A stretch of DNA of 64,000 nt, from the sequence record MK799832.1; one strand, given 5' to 3'. Position 1 is the first letter of the stretch. Each line of letters begins with the position of its first letter. Made by a program: the position numbers and the translations under genes. Positions 25,101 through 31,548 of the stretch are shown one piece after another. The notes under the pieces are model-generated. The model saw only the letters and a program-made list of their open reading frames with translations. It did not search any database and was not told where the DNA came from.

Positions 25101-25265
25101 TACATACTGGTCAATATTGTTGATGATATCAACAGGACCACTTTGGTATTCTTGTGATACGTAATACTGCTCTAAAAAATCCGATAGGAGAGGAAAGTCT
25201 TCTCTAACGTATCTGGGAAGTTGACTAGCTACAATTTCCTGGAATTTGACTCTATCTACTGCCAT
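13191..25265 (-). CDS. gp7: Baseplate wedge initiator gp7-like giant protein
   Basis: 4024 aa following gp6; QLPRYVREDFPLLSDFLEQYY start, HSPIVGWAYDGNPIYGPYG...DLDEHNGRFCVTPDYPNGVYAYF module and EYYQNFSYSLKS motif. Confidence 0.85.
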   Translation of the reverse strand: MAVDRVKFQEIVASQLPRYVREDFPLLSDFLEQYYVSQEYQSGPVDIINNIDQYVKVEELYDIVESTTLAEILDYNDRFVTVVSTEGFSETNGIIQIDNEIIFYETKTDTEFQNCRRGFSGITTYVTTGAPDELTFSQTEADTHLLGTEVVNLNVLFLKQFFKKIKGQFTPGFADRNFYSGLNSKNFIYNSDSFYSSKGTDQSFEILFRALYGEDVEILKPSQFLLTPSNANYRVTQDFVVEKLQGDPLDLQNLTIFQKRTNARGSVTNVQQIPYDDYQFYQISIDAGFARDTDVTGSIFGEFEPNPLTKLLTSVSFGSTVLDVDSTVDFPEYGKLVVNDVDGNAIGVAYSGKTTNQFFNVSGLTNSLNKKSDVKLDSFSYAYVGIDTSQEIRVRFTSTLKDFVQNDPTYYFKKNDTIEIKSFGYEAPGKKANNYVLNVQTKFKIAESSVIDADAFVYNFKLYNDHFFQEGYELRYENEDGTVSNLGTVTRIVSENEINVRFGQQINLSGTFYLENQLLKGSSTSHSYIKNFVANVQNTYAKFNGDVLISSNSLPKYNDIETNTYDKKVTFSASLLSTDILPLPTNPTSLPDHGFYTGDSVYFQSAGNGFDGVTTGSYFVYRVNESEIKLARSNADLTRESYITFNGSVVNASLSYLDFYGKTIQPQGIYRKILSPTNRKRIEKTTSGYTGIFVNGLELLNYKSSSSVYYGDILDFTMTSGGTGYDIINPPVVKIVDEVGTGATGVANVKGQLVKLDVTDPGMGYYAPPTITIKGGNGSGAQAEPRMTSIKLENSFVANFPSDVNLTTNEITFETDHKFLDGESVIYEPRNTSGIVGLNTGGEYFVFVTGQKSIQLHTTKGDVFAGINTVDLAGYGDGVQYLVAKELKQVVSSVVVTNPGVGYENKKRTISTAGINTVSDRVEILNHGYKSKEVVRYTRGTPRVEGLSEDKDYFVKKINDDAFALTEVGTGSVERDYYYDRGICINFTKQGVGSFNYPPITVEVEGAAASFDKTFVEDFQELYIIESPIEENIITPVSVLAWTDTEAEITNPYYVLVSADANWLISDDPFIGNILLYEAKLQPVFRGEILSIDLTNGGVGYGASTIVDFRRQPEITFESGSKAKLTPIINNGKIVEVIVNSGGSGYNAPPDLNIVSETGNFAILVPIINNGEIESVYVQKGGAGYVTGKTTIDVIPAGSGAKTQANIRGWNINLFERNFSNFKDDDCIIEENISNKSLQYAAVYAPRPLRESLNSLNGFGEDNIKYGIFDLTLSVGGEEIDSLYHSPIVGWAYDGNPIYGPYGFDNIDGTGNIRRMVTSYKLKNTPVNRPSYNAFPNGFFVDDYIYAGDGDLDEHNGRFCVTPDYPNGVYAYFCTISDTVDSSGPFNNYRRPLFPYVIGNDYNSLPIPFNFKSASNQTHYNIVGDGWFRNTKNYFTNGGNSQYDYIYNSDKLRNQSLDITATSSGSVDGMAILDPGDGYKIGDRVELNSTNTGGRNANFRVSQLKGKNVNSVSLATTSYENVEFTSTGSANGFVGITSAPHNFLPLDTIFIDGVSSYYKGFAGSYSVGVSSERWYVSLGIGTDTVTGIVTYVYMNGPFGEDSIRANDILRIEREKLKVLNIDEKSGRVRVLRGVDGTLAVAHSAGTIVRDDPRKLRFLSTGINTQRNLTINKQLYFTPNEAVGVGTSTVGTATTITFSNPGVGLTQVRVDQRQIYLPDHKLSLNTPMIYYTNGGTSIACWSGITSTPIFNLDETRNIFAIPLSKDIIGIATQRVGVNSVGQYVGINSEKGGLLYFESAVGLGSYHSFNTNITSVIKGRVSQNVVTVSTAQTHGMKRGDIITVDVNPTTTTTIQVKYDDFNRRIVFDPDTIQPTGINTNNNSFHVPENKYFTGDKVIYTSGDPSENLTASGMYYVYSYMNNKIKLVEYLSELSSENPTFVNVGSATTGTLSKINPGVRAQKNQYIKFDLSDTSLSFVDKGITYSAFDMFIYSDSQEVNEFWTTRTDRNFEVTKSGVVGVDTTANLTLFMSDNIPNNLYYGFSPDNLDIIPPVKLRLFKDDTVINNNSINLTKNKFDGIYNVVGVTSDTFEYNIPFDYDTVVSYGTTNATMKYDTSSLTANGPINKINALNKGVGYKSLPGFSSVTSKNGTGALIQPSSTTIGSVLGTKFNYIGFGYPSDKTLNVVGNLPQVLRVDPLGSFESIGISSGGVNYSQAPDLIVIDGFTNQVITDIELDYELGDNEVNIIENTKSLNNVPPTFIPTQNTNGFSISSVSYNSTNKIVRLTFSKQFSEVKDWPFKVGEKVIVENVAIGFNTTGRGYNSEDYNYSLFEVTALDSQIGGANAYIEYNLTDYLAPGEFPGQVTSSISGSVTPESFFPIFDSKLVTTNFFEGERVTNIGYVGRVERFDATSGYLFVSSEDDFEVGTILESQSSGNKANIISNIDFDSTIRLGVGATFVDGWQTNSGFLNDNLQVIPNNEYYQNFSYSLKSRVPYETWDDAVSSLNHTAGFEKFADLVIDNNAAGIASAVDFQIETVVDLIGEGMLNCFPDFDGATELTLDINGGKTISNEIVFENKILVDYFESRGNRVLKIDDFSGEFNSNPRETKYSIVDFFDNKYAWNKFFTLVQDRELRSRKQFGVVTVLQDGTTGYVNQYGTIDTGKSLGSFDYIGAGTSEWGLTFFPNLFEYNNYDISYFTFSGVESLTSVGSTQVGDIVSIASSSVTVPVSTTTTLVKVPTVSRSAKLHVQLEDAEDNYFYTELNVLHDGTNVQLLQYGDVDSTEGISSGFGTYTANISGGFIDVNIVPTVGTAVTANIISIETNITAVGVNTTEMSVTNLSSYYKSISASGSPVANEIAAYEDPFAGEYFMVTVHDTTNNEYEMFECHVLDSNNQNIVKYGRIGTNSGLGTVGAVTSGTSVSLVFTPNPSIDVAVRTFGIGLKNFNNIVGIASISALQNNILFSDYGTYTGTEFDKKRAFNLKHNTLPIFQRAFLGNDSSIVNLSTNQVTIPDHFFVTGEKVNYSYENSQLSTANAIGIATTTVSGVSTDKLPSELYIIKYSNKSVGFAKSATDALAGSPIALDLTSVGVGTFHKLTATNQNARALVAVDNMIQAPVTEVNVSTRLDQNVVFDVDFDVVGIQSFKANDIIKIDSEIMLLQDVGVGATNKFRVLRGQMGTGVATHNIGTSVELLGGNYNIVDNTLHFVEAPFGATPLSTTTQGPDNIDWSGITTYSTFQGRTFMRSGITDDSVDTYSTNYTFDNIQSQFNGQTKFFSLVQNGNNVTGFATNQAIILNSNILQEPQGAQNTTGDFTLLETAGITSITYLGDSVSSESDPNMATIPRGGTIISVASTPGLGYQPLISAGASCFVSGGGTITSVEIGNPGSGYRVGVQTVNVGYAVSSTGITTVVNIGTATVQNGQVVAITTSYFGANLDQNNPPLIVIDAPLPYSNIPLVYADGQTGMGTGARVDITVGQGSSVVNFDIVSGGFGYGDGEVLRLSIGGTTGIQTDTSYTYDEFQLTVSTTYRDTFNGFTVGELDVFDKLDTLFDGVEKRFPLTIAGAGFAIETADGSDINIAQCLIVTINDILQVPNQSYKFNGGSIIEFTEAPKKGDTSKIIFYKGTPDVDVVLVDILETVKVGDTLQLKNDSTKGQGFGLYQEPRTVVGITTLDTVRTFPYDGPGITTNQALVRPLTWCKQTDDITINGDFVTKDRVEYEPSIYPAAYLTSYVGTSSAVAYTDTVRPFFNSTNETSLLDYQDRIVIIDQSPIASAIATVTVSVAGTVTGFTISTGGQGYDGMTPTVSISEPDDIVGGTRATATASVTGTAVTSITITNAGAGYTQPPSILIEVPNARREQIGVSSYFGDLGQIVGYAQSAGALGTLELHIPEDSYMRDPNIVGTAVTISQLQTGDYFVVNLSNFGLSTSTSDNIYQVSAAYNSTVDLTSVGLGTTAIRRVEVANVGFGTTVAGFTRGRNLGEYTWGKIQFLNRATADALEFTPNSYTGITSSPLVQRFRPLKFNNYQT

Positions 25266-25276
25266 TTGTTTTTCTA

Positions 25277-27319
25277 TTAGTAGGATGCTCTGCTAACGAT
25301 TGCGGTACCAAGTGGTTGTCGGGGAGTTGTGGTCAGAAGTGCCTGTTCTTGTTCAGGGGTTTCGACAGTAGTAATTGGTGTACCTCTTACTAATGCGTTT
25401 GATCCATAACTTGATGAAACAATGTAGTTTGTTCCTGATACATCATTTCCAGAGGAAATGTTGTCAGCAATAACATCGACTGTTGTATTATTTACATCCA
25501 ATTGTAGATAGAGATCTTGGAGACCAATCACATCATTAGAGTATGGAGTTGCCGATACCTCTACCAATGGTGTATTTCTATTTACGATGGTAGAAATGAT
25601 GTTAATTGGGTTGAGTTTGATTTCTCCCTTCTTGTAATCAATAGTACCTACGTTCTGTTTTACAATAATTGGTTCAGTAGGTGAATTAAGTTTGAAGAGG
25701 AATACCGTACCTTTCTCAAGGTCACCTGTGGGTTTATCACCAAGGTAAACCGTACCACTAATACCACTGACAGTGAAACCAGATGATTTGATATTGTAAC
25801 CAACTAGGTTTCCATCGAAGACTGCACTATGACCATGATTCTTCACATGGAAACGATTACCGAAGCATAATTCGTACTCAGCAAACTTATTAGGAGAAGC
25901 AACCATATCTCTTCTCATATTCACATTTGTGATGTTAGAAGTTACAGACTGATGGCTACTATCAATAACCTTTTGGAACTTGGAATATTTGAAACGAGCA
26001 CCAAACTGATTAAGTTCTGATGAATCAGCGTAAGCAGTCAAGTTCTGTAATACTACATTCTGAACGAATGATGCATTAGGTGCAAGGTTTGTATTGTAGT
26101 ATGTCTCACAATCTGCTTCAACATACAGATACTTCAGGTCAATGATCTCTGCTCGAATACCAGCAACTGAGTAACTTTTGATTCTCTGTTGAAGGTTTTG
26201 TTTGATTCCACTTGATAAGAAGACACCATTATATGGTTTGACACTGATGAACACCTTACCAAATTGTGGTGGGCTCAGATCCTCACCACCAAATGCTGAT
26301 ACTGATTCAGCTTCTGGGTAGATCTGTGGAATTAATGCTTCATAATCAGCAGCAGTGACTGCTCTGTTCTGTGATGCGTAAATCTGCGGTGCATACTTCT
26401 TAATCGATTCAACAGATTCAATTGATTTACCACCTGTTGATTGTAAGACCGTTTCAATAATCGATACACCAGAACTAATTCCTGCACCGTTATTATCGTT
26501 TAGGTTACCAATAAATTGAAAGTTTGCAATGTTGTTTCCACTAGCTCCATTACTTGTGATATAACTTGCTTCAATATAATTCTTATCTTCAAGTTTGACA
26601 CCAAAGACACCATCACCAAATAGTAATTCATATCTTTCTTGTGAAATCTCTTGAAGGAAATAAGCTCTGGTTGACTTAGTTACATCAAACAGACTTGTAA
26701 ACAATTCAAACTGTCTTGTTACAGTTGAACTCTGGGTGTCTCTTACAACGACATTCAAGAGATCAGTATCAATACCTGAGTTAGGAAGAATAAACTTCTG
26801 AAGTTTATTACTACCATCTACCGTAAAAGTTTGTTTAATGTATGTTCCTTCGTAGATATTAATATTTCTAAATGATGCAGTACCAGTTGAATCTACTGGA
26901 ACAGTAATATCATTTGGAATTGAGAATATAAAATTTCGACTCTTATTGACACCAGTTGATCTAGATGTCATGACTGCACCAGCCTTAAGTGTGACTGATA
27001 CTGCGGTTGTATTACTTACGTCTACATCAAAAGATACTTGGGCGGTTGATGCTTTTCTTGATCTAGGTACATACCCAATATTCCTCGCGAGAGACACCAC
27101 GTTCTCCCTCAACGTGGCGCTATCGATGAATACCTCATTAGATACCATATTGGCATTATATGAGGTGATATACGTATTATATGCTAACGTATCGATGATT
27201 GTGCTTAGATTCGATCCTTCAAAGTCGTAATCAGTGAAGTTTGAGTTCGAACGAAGATAGTCCTTGATAGACTCTTTGATCTGATCAAAATCTAAGTTGC
27301 TAAAATTAACTAGAGGCAT
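25277..27319 (-). CDS. gp6: Baseplate wedge subunit gp6
   Basis: NFSNLDFDQIKESIKDYLR...DFEGSNLSTIIDTLAYNT and QNRAVTAADYE motifs. Confidence 0.95.
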   Translation of the reverse strand: MPLVNFSNLDFDQIKESIKDYLRSNSNFTDYDFEGSNLSTIIDTLAYNTYITSYNANMVSNEVFIDSATLRENVVSLARNIGYVPRSRKASTAQVSFDVDVSNTTAVSVTLKAGAVMTSRSTGVNKSRNFIFSIPNDITVPVDSTGTASFRNINIYEGTYIKQTFTVDGSNKLQKFILPNSGIDTDLLNVVVRDTQSSTVTRQFELFTSLFDVTKSTRAYFLQEISQERYELLFGDGVFGVKLEDKNYIEASYITSNGASGNNIANFQFIGNLNDNNGAGISSGVSIIETVLQSTGGKSIESVESIKKYAPQIYASQNRAVTAADYEALIPQIYPEAESVSAFGGEDLSPPQFGKVFISVKPYNGVFLSSGIKQNLQQRIKSYSVAGIRAEIIDLKYLYVEADCETYYNTNLAPNASFVQNVVLQNLTAYADSSELNQFGARFKYSKFQKVIDSSHQSVTSNITNVNMRRDMVASPNKFAEYELCFGNRFHVKNHGHSAVFDGNLVGYNIKSSGFTVSGISGTVYLGDKPTGDLEKGTVFLFKLNSPTEPIIVKQNVGTIDYKKGEIKLNPINIISTIVNRNTPLVEVSATPYSNDVIGLQDLYLQLDVNNTTVDVIADNISSGNDVSGTNYIVSSSYGSNALVRGTPITTVETPEQEQALLTTTPRQPLGTAIVSRASY

Positions 27320-27721
27320 TTACCTAGTGGGTTGTAATGCAAATGATAATTGTTGTGGTGCTACGTCAATACCAATGATGTCATACCGAATGACTACATC
27401 GAAGGCATTATTGTCAAAGTTAGGGTTAACTTCAACTTCTCTCAATCGAACTCTTGGTTCAAAGTTATTAATCGTGTTCTCAATCTCAGATCGAATAGAA
27501 CTTGCTGTCAAGAAGTCTAAGTTTTCAAATAATAAGTTGGTGACATTTGATCCAATTGTTGGTTCAAATGGTTTCTCACCAGGAATGGTAAAGACTAAAT
27601 TACGAATTGAACGAGCAATAGCATTCTCGTTTCTCAGGATAATCACATCAGAATTGATCGGATTAACCTGAAAAGTAGCACTTACGTCTTTAAAAGCTTT
27701 ACTTATCCTTTGGACAGGCAC
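27320..27721 (-). CDS. gp25: Baseplate wedge subunit gp25 (GTG start)
   Basis: AIARSIRNLVFTIPGEKPFEPTIGS...IENTINNFEPRVRL; immediately upstream of gp6. Confidence 0.93.
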   Translation of the reverse strand: MPVQRISKAFKDVSATFQVNPINSDVIILRNENAIARSIRNLVFTIPGEKPFEPTIGSNVTNLLFENLDFLTASSIRSEIENTINNFEPRVRLREVEVNPNFDNNAFDVVIRYDIIGIDVAPQQLSFALQPTR

Positions 27722-27747
27722 TTAATTAATATACAACAATTCTCAGT

Positions 27748-27755
27748 TATTTATA
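27748..27755 (-). promoter_or_regulatory. Late promoter TATAAATA upstream of gp25
   Basis: Exact T4 gp55 consensus about 27 nt upstream of the gp25 start. Confidence 0.8.
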
Positions 27756-27771
27756 GGGGTATCCCGACAAA

Positions 27772-27927
27772 TCACTCAGTTAAAATTTGACTATTATCTT
27801 CATTCTCCCAGAAGTCTTTCCAGTCCACCTCAGATGCTTCATAGAAACCATCTTGACGGACTTTCTTCTGATTCTTTGGTGTCTTCTGATCGTGATTGAT
27901 CTCTCTCAAAAAGTTCTTGTTGTCCAT
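27772..27927 (-). CDS. Small hypothetical protein, 51 aa
   Basis: Hand-translated MDNKNFLREINHDQKTPKNQKKVRQDGFYEASEVDWKDFWENEDNSQILTE; fills the gap on the coding strand. Confidence 0.65.
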   Translation of the reverse strand: MDNKNFLREINHDQKTPKNQKKVRQDGFYEASEVDWKDFWENEDNSQILTE

Positions 27928-27940
27928 ATAAGTCTTTTAC

Positions 27941-28567
27941 TTATATATCCTTCACCTCGTACATATAATGATCAGAGGTTTCAATCTTCCTTTTGTTCTC
28001 TACACTATAGACTGTAGTATCAATCTCAAATCCAGGATTCTTTTCAATACGATTAAATGTCCAGGCATTATCATACCAAATGATTCGATTGTTAGGATAG
28101 GCGTAATAGTTACCAGTCTCTACTTTAAACAGGTGTGCACACTTATGTTCAGGTGTTTCTGAATAGTTGAGATCAGGTACACCTTTATTCTCCCAGGACC
28201 AATCTAAGGTGAACATATAATCACCCAATACCTTCTTACCATCAGGACGAATCAATTGTGCTTCAAGACCAGCAAGTCGATGTCGTCTTTGTACATCAAT
28301 ATAAGGACTGAAGCAATCCCAATACATGATCTGCTCTAAGGGTTCTATCTCGGCCTCTGGGTCCCAACAAAATGCATGTAGGGGTCTCCGTGTCCAATTG
28401 ACACCATTCTCCAGAAACGCTTCAAATAGAGGCACACGTTTCTCAATACTTGCCACACTATGAACATCGGCCTTAGTGACCTCTCCATGTCCTTTCTTGT
28501 GGTTATACAGAAACTCATTACGAATGTAACAAGACCAATCAGGTAAACTGTGATTTAAGTAAGCCAA
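27941..28567 (-). CDS. Hypothetical protein, 208 aa (TTG start)
   Basis: Long ORF on the coding strand overlapping the upstream SET gene stop; Trp/Cys/His-rich. Confidence 0.8.
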   Translation of the reverse strand: MAYLNHSLPDWSCYIRNEFLYNHKKGHGEVTKADVHSVASIEKRVPLFEAFLENGVNWTRRPLHAFCWDPEAEIEPLEQIMYWDCFSPYIDVQRRHRLAGLEAQLIRPDGKKVLGDYMFTLDWSWENKGVPDLNYSETPEHKCAHLFKVETGNYYAYPNNRIIWYDNAWTFNRIEKNPGFEIDTTVYSVENKRKIETSDHYMYEVKDI

Positions 28568-28929
28568 TTCCTTTCTCCTGGAAAATAATAATCAGTGAGT
28601 TCTTCGTCCTTAAGTATATCACGAACTGCATACAGTTTACCTGTACTTCGTTCATATGCTACATTCGGTTCATGTGAATGATTGATGTAATACTGTTGAC
28701 CTAACCGTTGTAGATCATCATCAATCCAATAACCATTACCATCATAATAAGTCATCTTCTCTAGATACTCTCTTATTTCAGATGATATCTGCCATTCACA
28801 TATTTGAACACACTTCTTAGGTTCAAAGATAATAGTATCTTTTGGAATATCCACTAAAGAAAAAACACCCACCCCGTCACAGACTTTACTGGGAGCGAGA
28901 TAGGTGTAAACAGTTAGATTATAACTCAA
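28555..28929 (-). CDS. SET-domain protein (lysine methyltransferase fold)
   Basis: GVGVFSLVDIPKDTII, YINHSHEPN and RDILKDEELTDYY match SET motifs; TTG start overlaps the upstream TGA. Confidence 0.8.
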   Translation of the reverse strand: MSYNLTVYTYLAPSKVCDGVGVFSLVDIPKDTIIFEPKKCVQICEWQISSEIREYLEKMTYYDGNGYWIDDDLQRLGQQYYINHSHEPNVAYERSTGKLYAVRDILKDEELTDYYFPGERNWLT

Positions 28930-29072
28930 CGTCCTTGACCACGATAACGCTTCTTCTTACCGTTTCGAGAGGAAGCTGACAACTTAGTGTGCTTACCACT
29001 ACCTTGACGTGATTTCTTTGGAGTTGACTCGATCATTGTTTGACCAGTCAGTGAACGTTTAAACTTTGCCAT
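28926..29072 (-). CDS. Small K/R-rich basic protein, 48 aa
   Basis: Hand-translated MAKFKRSLTGQTMIESTPKKSRQGSGKHTKLSASSRNGKKKRYRGQGR; GGAGG 6 nt upstream of the ATG. Confidence 0.8.
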   Translation of the reverse strand: MAKFKRSLTGQTMIESTPKKSRQGSGKHTKLSASSRNGKKKRYRGQGR

Positions 29073-29080
29073 AATACCTC

Positions 29081-29647
29081 CTAATATGGTTCAAAATAAT
29101 TTAAAACTTCATCAATGTGAAACACATAGCACGGAGCTGTTGTGTATCCATAGTATAACATCTTTTGTATCCTATGGGAACCATCCATTGATCTATATCT
29201 CTTTCCAGTAATCGTAGTAGTACCATCTAATAAGATACCTGGATATGTAATATCTGCTTCAATGACTCTACTACCACCACAACATGGACAATATAATGTA
29301 TCTGAGGTAGCTCCATATTTCTCTTCCTGATACCATTGAATATCAGAAATCGGAACATCCAGTAGTCTATCTGAATTACGCATCCAATTCAATCTTCTTA
29401 ATCGAATCCAATACCCTTCACCTACCTCTGGAATATACCAATTGGTTTCGGACTTGAATCCAGACTTATCATAATGTTGAAAACTATCACCCTCAAAGTA
29501 ATGAGAAAATAATAACTCATCATACCATCCATCATAACCATATAACTTTAATTCATTGTCTCGATAATCATCAATACAATAAATGTTACCAGGTATCAGT
29601 TCTGGATACTGTGAGAAACCATCATACAATACAAGTAATCCTTTCAT
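29081..29647 (-). CDS. Hypothetical protein with ParB/Srx-like C-terminal motif
   Basis: ADITYPGILL...YRSMDGSHRIQKM contains the DGxHR signature, preceded by CPCC. Confidence 0.55.
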   Translation of the reverse strand: MKGLLVLYDGFSQYPELIPGNIYCIDDYRDNELKLYGYDGWYDELLFSHYFEGDSFQHYDKSGFKSETNWYIPEVGEGYWIRLRRLNWMRNSDRLLDVPISDIQWYQEEKYGATSDTLYCPCCGGSRVIEADITYPGILLDGTTTITGKRYRSMDGSHRIQKMLYYGYTTAPCYVFHIDEVLNYFEPY

Positions 29648-29649
29648 AT

Positions 29650-29673
29650 AAAAAAAGGGGGGTCGAAACCCCC
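29650..29673 (-). terminator. Rho-independent terminator
   Basis: Minus strand GGGGGT-TTCG-ACCCCC followed by a T run. Confidence 0.9.
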
Positions 29674-29678
29674 ATACA

Positions 29679-30482
29679 TCAGATCACCCGAGTCTTCTCA
29701 TGACCCACTCGAATCCGTGGATCACACCAGATATCATATCCAGCTTCAATTGCATCAAGACAGAATGAAACGTCTTCACCACACATATCTTGAACTGCAC
29801 CACTTTCAAACACTTGCATCTTAGGAGCAAACCAAGGATACTTCATCTTCTCATTCTCAAAGACACCATTCTGAATCAGAACCCAACCGAATCCAGTGTA
29901 GTCAACAGTAAATGGCTTCTTACGCTTACTGATACCATCAACCATCTCATGGTTCATCACACCACCATTATTCCTGAAGTCATCTTCTTCCAACCAATGC
30001 GCAACAGAGGTTGTCCGCCCGTCCTCAGTCGAATACCAACCTGCAACGATTTCCTTCTCCTCACCTTCAGAGTTTAAAGCTAGGTCGCACAGCTGCCAGA
30101 ACTTCTCAGTGTTAAAAATAATATCAGAGTCAATCCACAACTGATAATCATAATTCAACTTACCATCCCAAGGAATCTGGTCAGGCCCTCTCAACACATT
30201 GGCGCCGAGACACTTACAACGTGCGAAGTTCACCATAGACGAGTAATCCTGACTGATCTGAATACTCATCTGGTTCTGTACAAGATCAAAACATAACTGT
30301 ACAAAATTCTTCATGAATGCATATGAACATCCACGTCCTGGAAGACAAAAAACAATTGCCTTCCCTCTCATCCTTTCTTTGATCGCTTCATAGTCCCACT
30401 CAGGACCTTTATCTTTCTTCTTTGGTTCTGAAGCTTTTACTGTAAAACCTTTAGCCATGAATTTGAAATCACTCCATTTCAA
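29679..30482 (-). CDS. GT-A fold glycosyltransferase-like protein
   Basis: IVFCLPG, WIDSDIIF (DxD), VDYTGFGWVLI, GEDVSFC and IRVGHEK motifs; true start probably MAKGF. Confidence 0.7.
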   Translation of the reverse strand: MKWSDFKFMAKGFTVKASEPKKKDKGPEWDYEAIKERMRGKAIVFCLPGRGCSYAFMKNFVQLCFDLVQNQMSIQISQDYSSMVNFARCKCLGANVLRGPDQIPWDGKLNYDYQLWIDSDIIFNTEKFWQLCDLALNSEGEEKEIVAGWYSTEDGRTTSVAHWLEEDDFRNNGGVMNHEMVDGISKRKKPFTVDYTGFGWVLIQNGVFENEKMKYPWFAPKMQVFESGAVQDMCGEDVSFCLDAIEAGYDIWCDPRIRVGHEKTRVI

Positions 30483-30538
30483 TTTTTATTATACCAAGTA
30501 TGTAGTCCTCTGTCAATCACTGAGGGTATCGGTAAACC

Positions 30539-30751
30539 CTACTGTGACGTGTCTGACAAATTACTGATATCCACTCCTTCTTGTAGTACATTCACTACCT
30601 CATATGAGAGATCCTCAGCTTGATAGTCAGTCTTCACTAGGCCCACCAGGTTCTTTAAAGTCTCCCAACTACTCCGAAAATTCTCTTCAGTCAAACTATG
30701 TAATACACACTCGTCCTTTAAGTATATGTGGTAGATCTTTGTAGAACTCAT
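30539..30751 (-). CDS. Hypothetical protein, 70 aa
   Basis: ORF on the coding strand upstream of the GT-like gene. Confidence 0.7.
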   Translation of the reverse strand: MSSTKIYHIYLKDECVLHSLTEENFRSSWETLKNLVGLVKTDYQAEDLSYEVVNVLQEGVDISNLSDTSQ

Positions 30752-30934
30752 AGATGCGCCGACCTTATGACAATTTTTTTATATATGGAATTTTTTTTAT
30801 ATGGGCAATATCTTAAGGCCGTTTGGGGACCTTTGTAGGTTAGGAAAGGCGCAATTTCTTTTAAGGGGGGGCTCTTTGCGGGATCCCCGCGGTACTCGAA
30901 GGCCCTAAAATACTGTCGAATTTGGCATAGTGTC

Positions 30935-30964
30935 ATTATAACATATAAGGCCACAGAGTGTCAA
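30935..30964 (-). promoter_or_regulatory. Host-like sigma70 promoter with extended -10
   Basis: TTGACA-18 nt-TATAAT with TG-n before the -10; inverted repeat GGCCACAG (30949-30956)/CTGTGGCC (30968-30975) brackets the -35. Confidence 0.8.
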
Positions 30965-30986
30965 GAACTGTGGCCCTGGTATGTTA

Positions 30987-31238
30987 TCACGCGAAGAGAT
31001 AAGTTCCGCGGTCGATGCGAGTAACTCCGCGTCCTTCTTTCACAGCTTTCAGGATAGCCATTTTAGTCATAAAGTTCCCGCAGCATTCAGTCTGCATCCA
31101 TGTGTCCCATGCACGGTTGTTGTTATACAGTGCACGCAGAGTAGGATACAACTCCTGCAGTGTATATGCACCGTTGAGTGATGGGATGATGTCGCGGACC
31201 CAATTGCGGATCTCTTTGTTAATTGCTTTGGTTTCCAT
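30987..31238 (-). CDS. Hypothetical protein, about 83 aa
   Basis: Start moved to METKAINKEIR (31238); the longer track version crosses a repeat-rich non-coding stretch. Confidence 0.65.
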   Translation of the reverse strand: METKAINKEIRNWVRDIIPSLNGAYTLQELYPTLRALYNNNRAWDTWMQTECCGNFMTKMAILKAVKEGRGVTRIDRGTYLFA

Positions 31239-31324
31239 GTGTTGAGTGTGTGGTGAGTAGTGTATACAAAGGGGGTTCATATAGGCCCCCTTATATAAGC
31301 CCTTCATATAGGGCCCTTATGTGA

Positions 31325-31477
31325 TCAGAACTCAAGCGGTTCGAGTGTAGGTTGGGCCTGGGGGATTTGCACCTGTTCGATGTTATCACTGTTCGTAGCG
31401 ATAGCCTCAAGGATGTTCAGGATTTGAGCACCATTGTTACCCTTACGAAGCAGAGAGATCATCAGATTGCGGGACAT
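31325..31477 (-). CDS. Small hypothetical protein, 50 aa
   Basis: Hand-translated MSRNLMISLLRKGNNGAQILNILEAIATNSDNIEQVQIPQAQPTLEPLEF. Confidence 0.65.
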   Translation of the reverse strand: MSRNLMISLLRKGNNGAQILNILEAIATNSDNIEQVQIPQAQPTLEPLEF

Positions 31478-31548
31478 GTGTTTGTGTGAGTTAGTGTGTG
31501 AATTGTGATGAGTTTAATGACATCATCAGGTCATACAGTAAGTGTAAC

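Noticed and set aside
339-27671. The many 60-125 aa ORFs in the track that overlap the large structural genes on the + strand or in alternate frames
   Set aside because: They are shadows of long, recognisable T4-like genes, with no motifs or RBS context.
30748-30954. 68-aa GTG-start ORF
   Set aside because: It starts inside the promoter spacer and crosses homopolymer runs; treated as non-coding.
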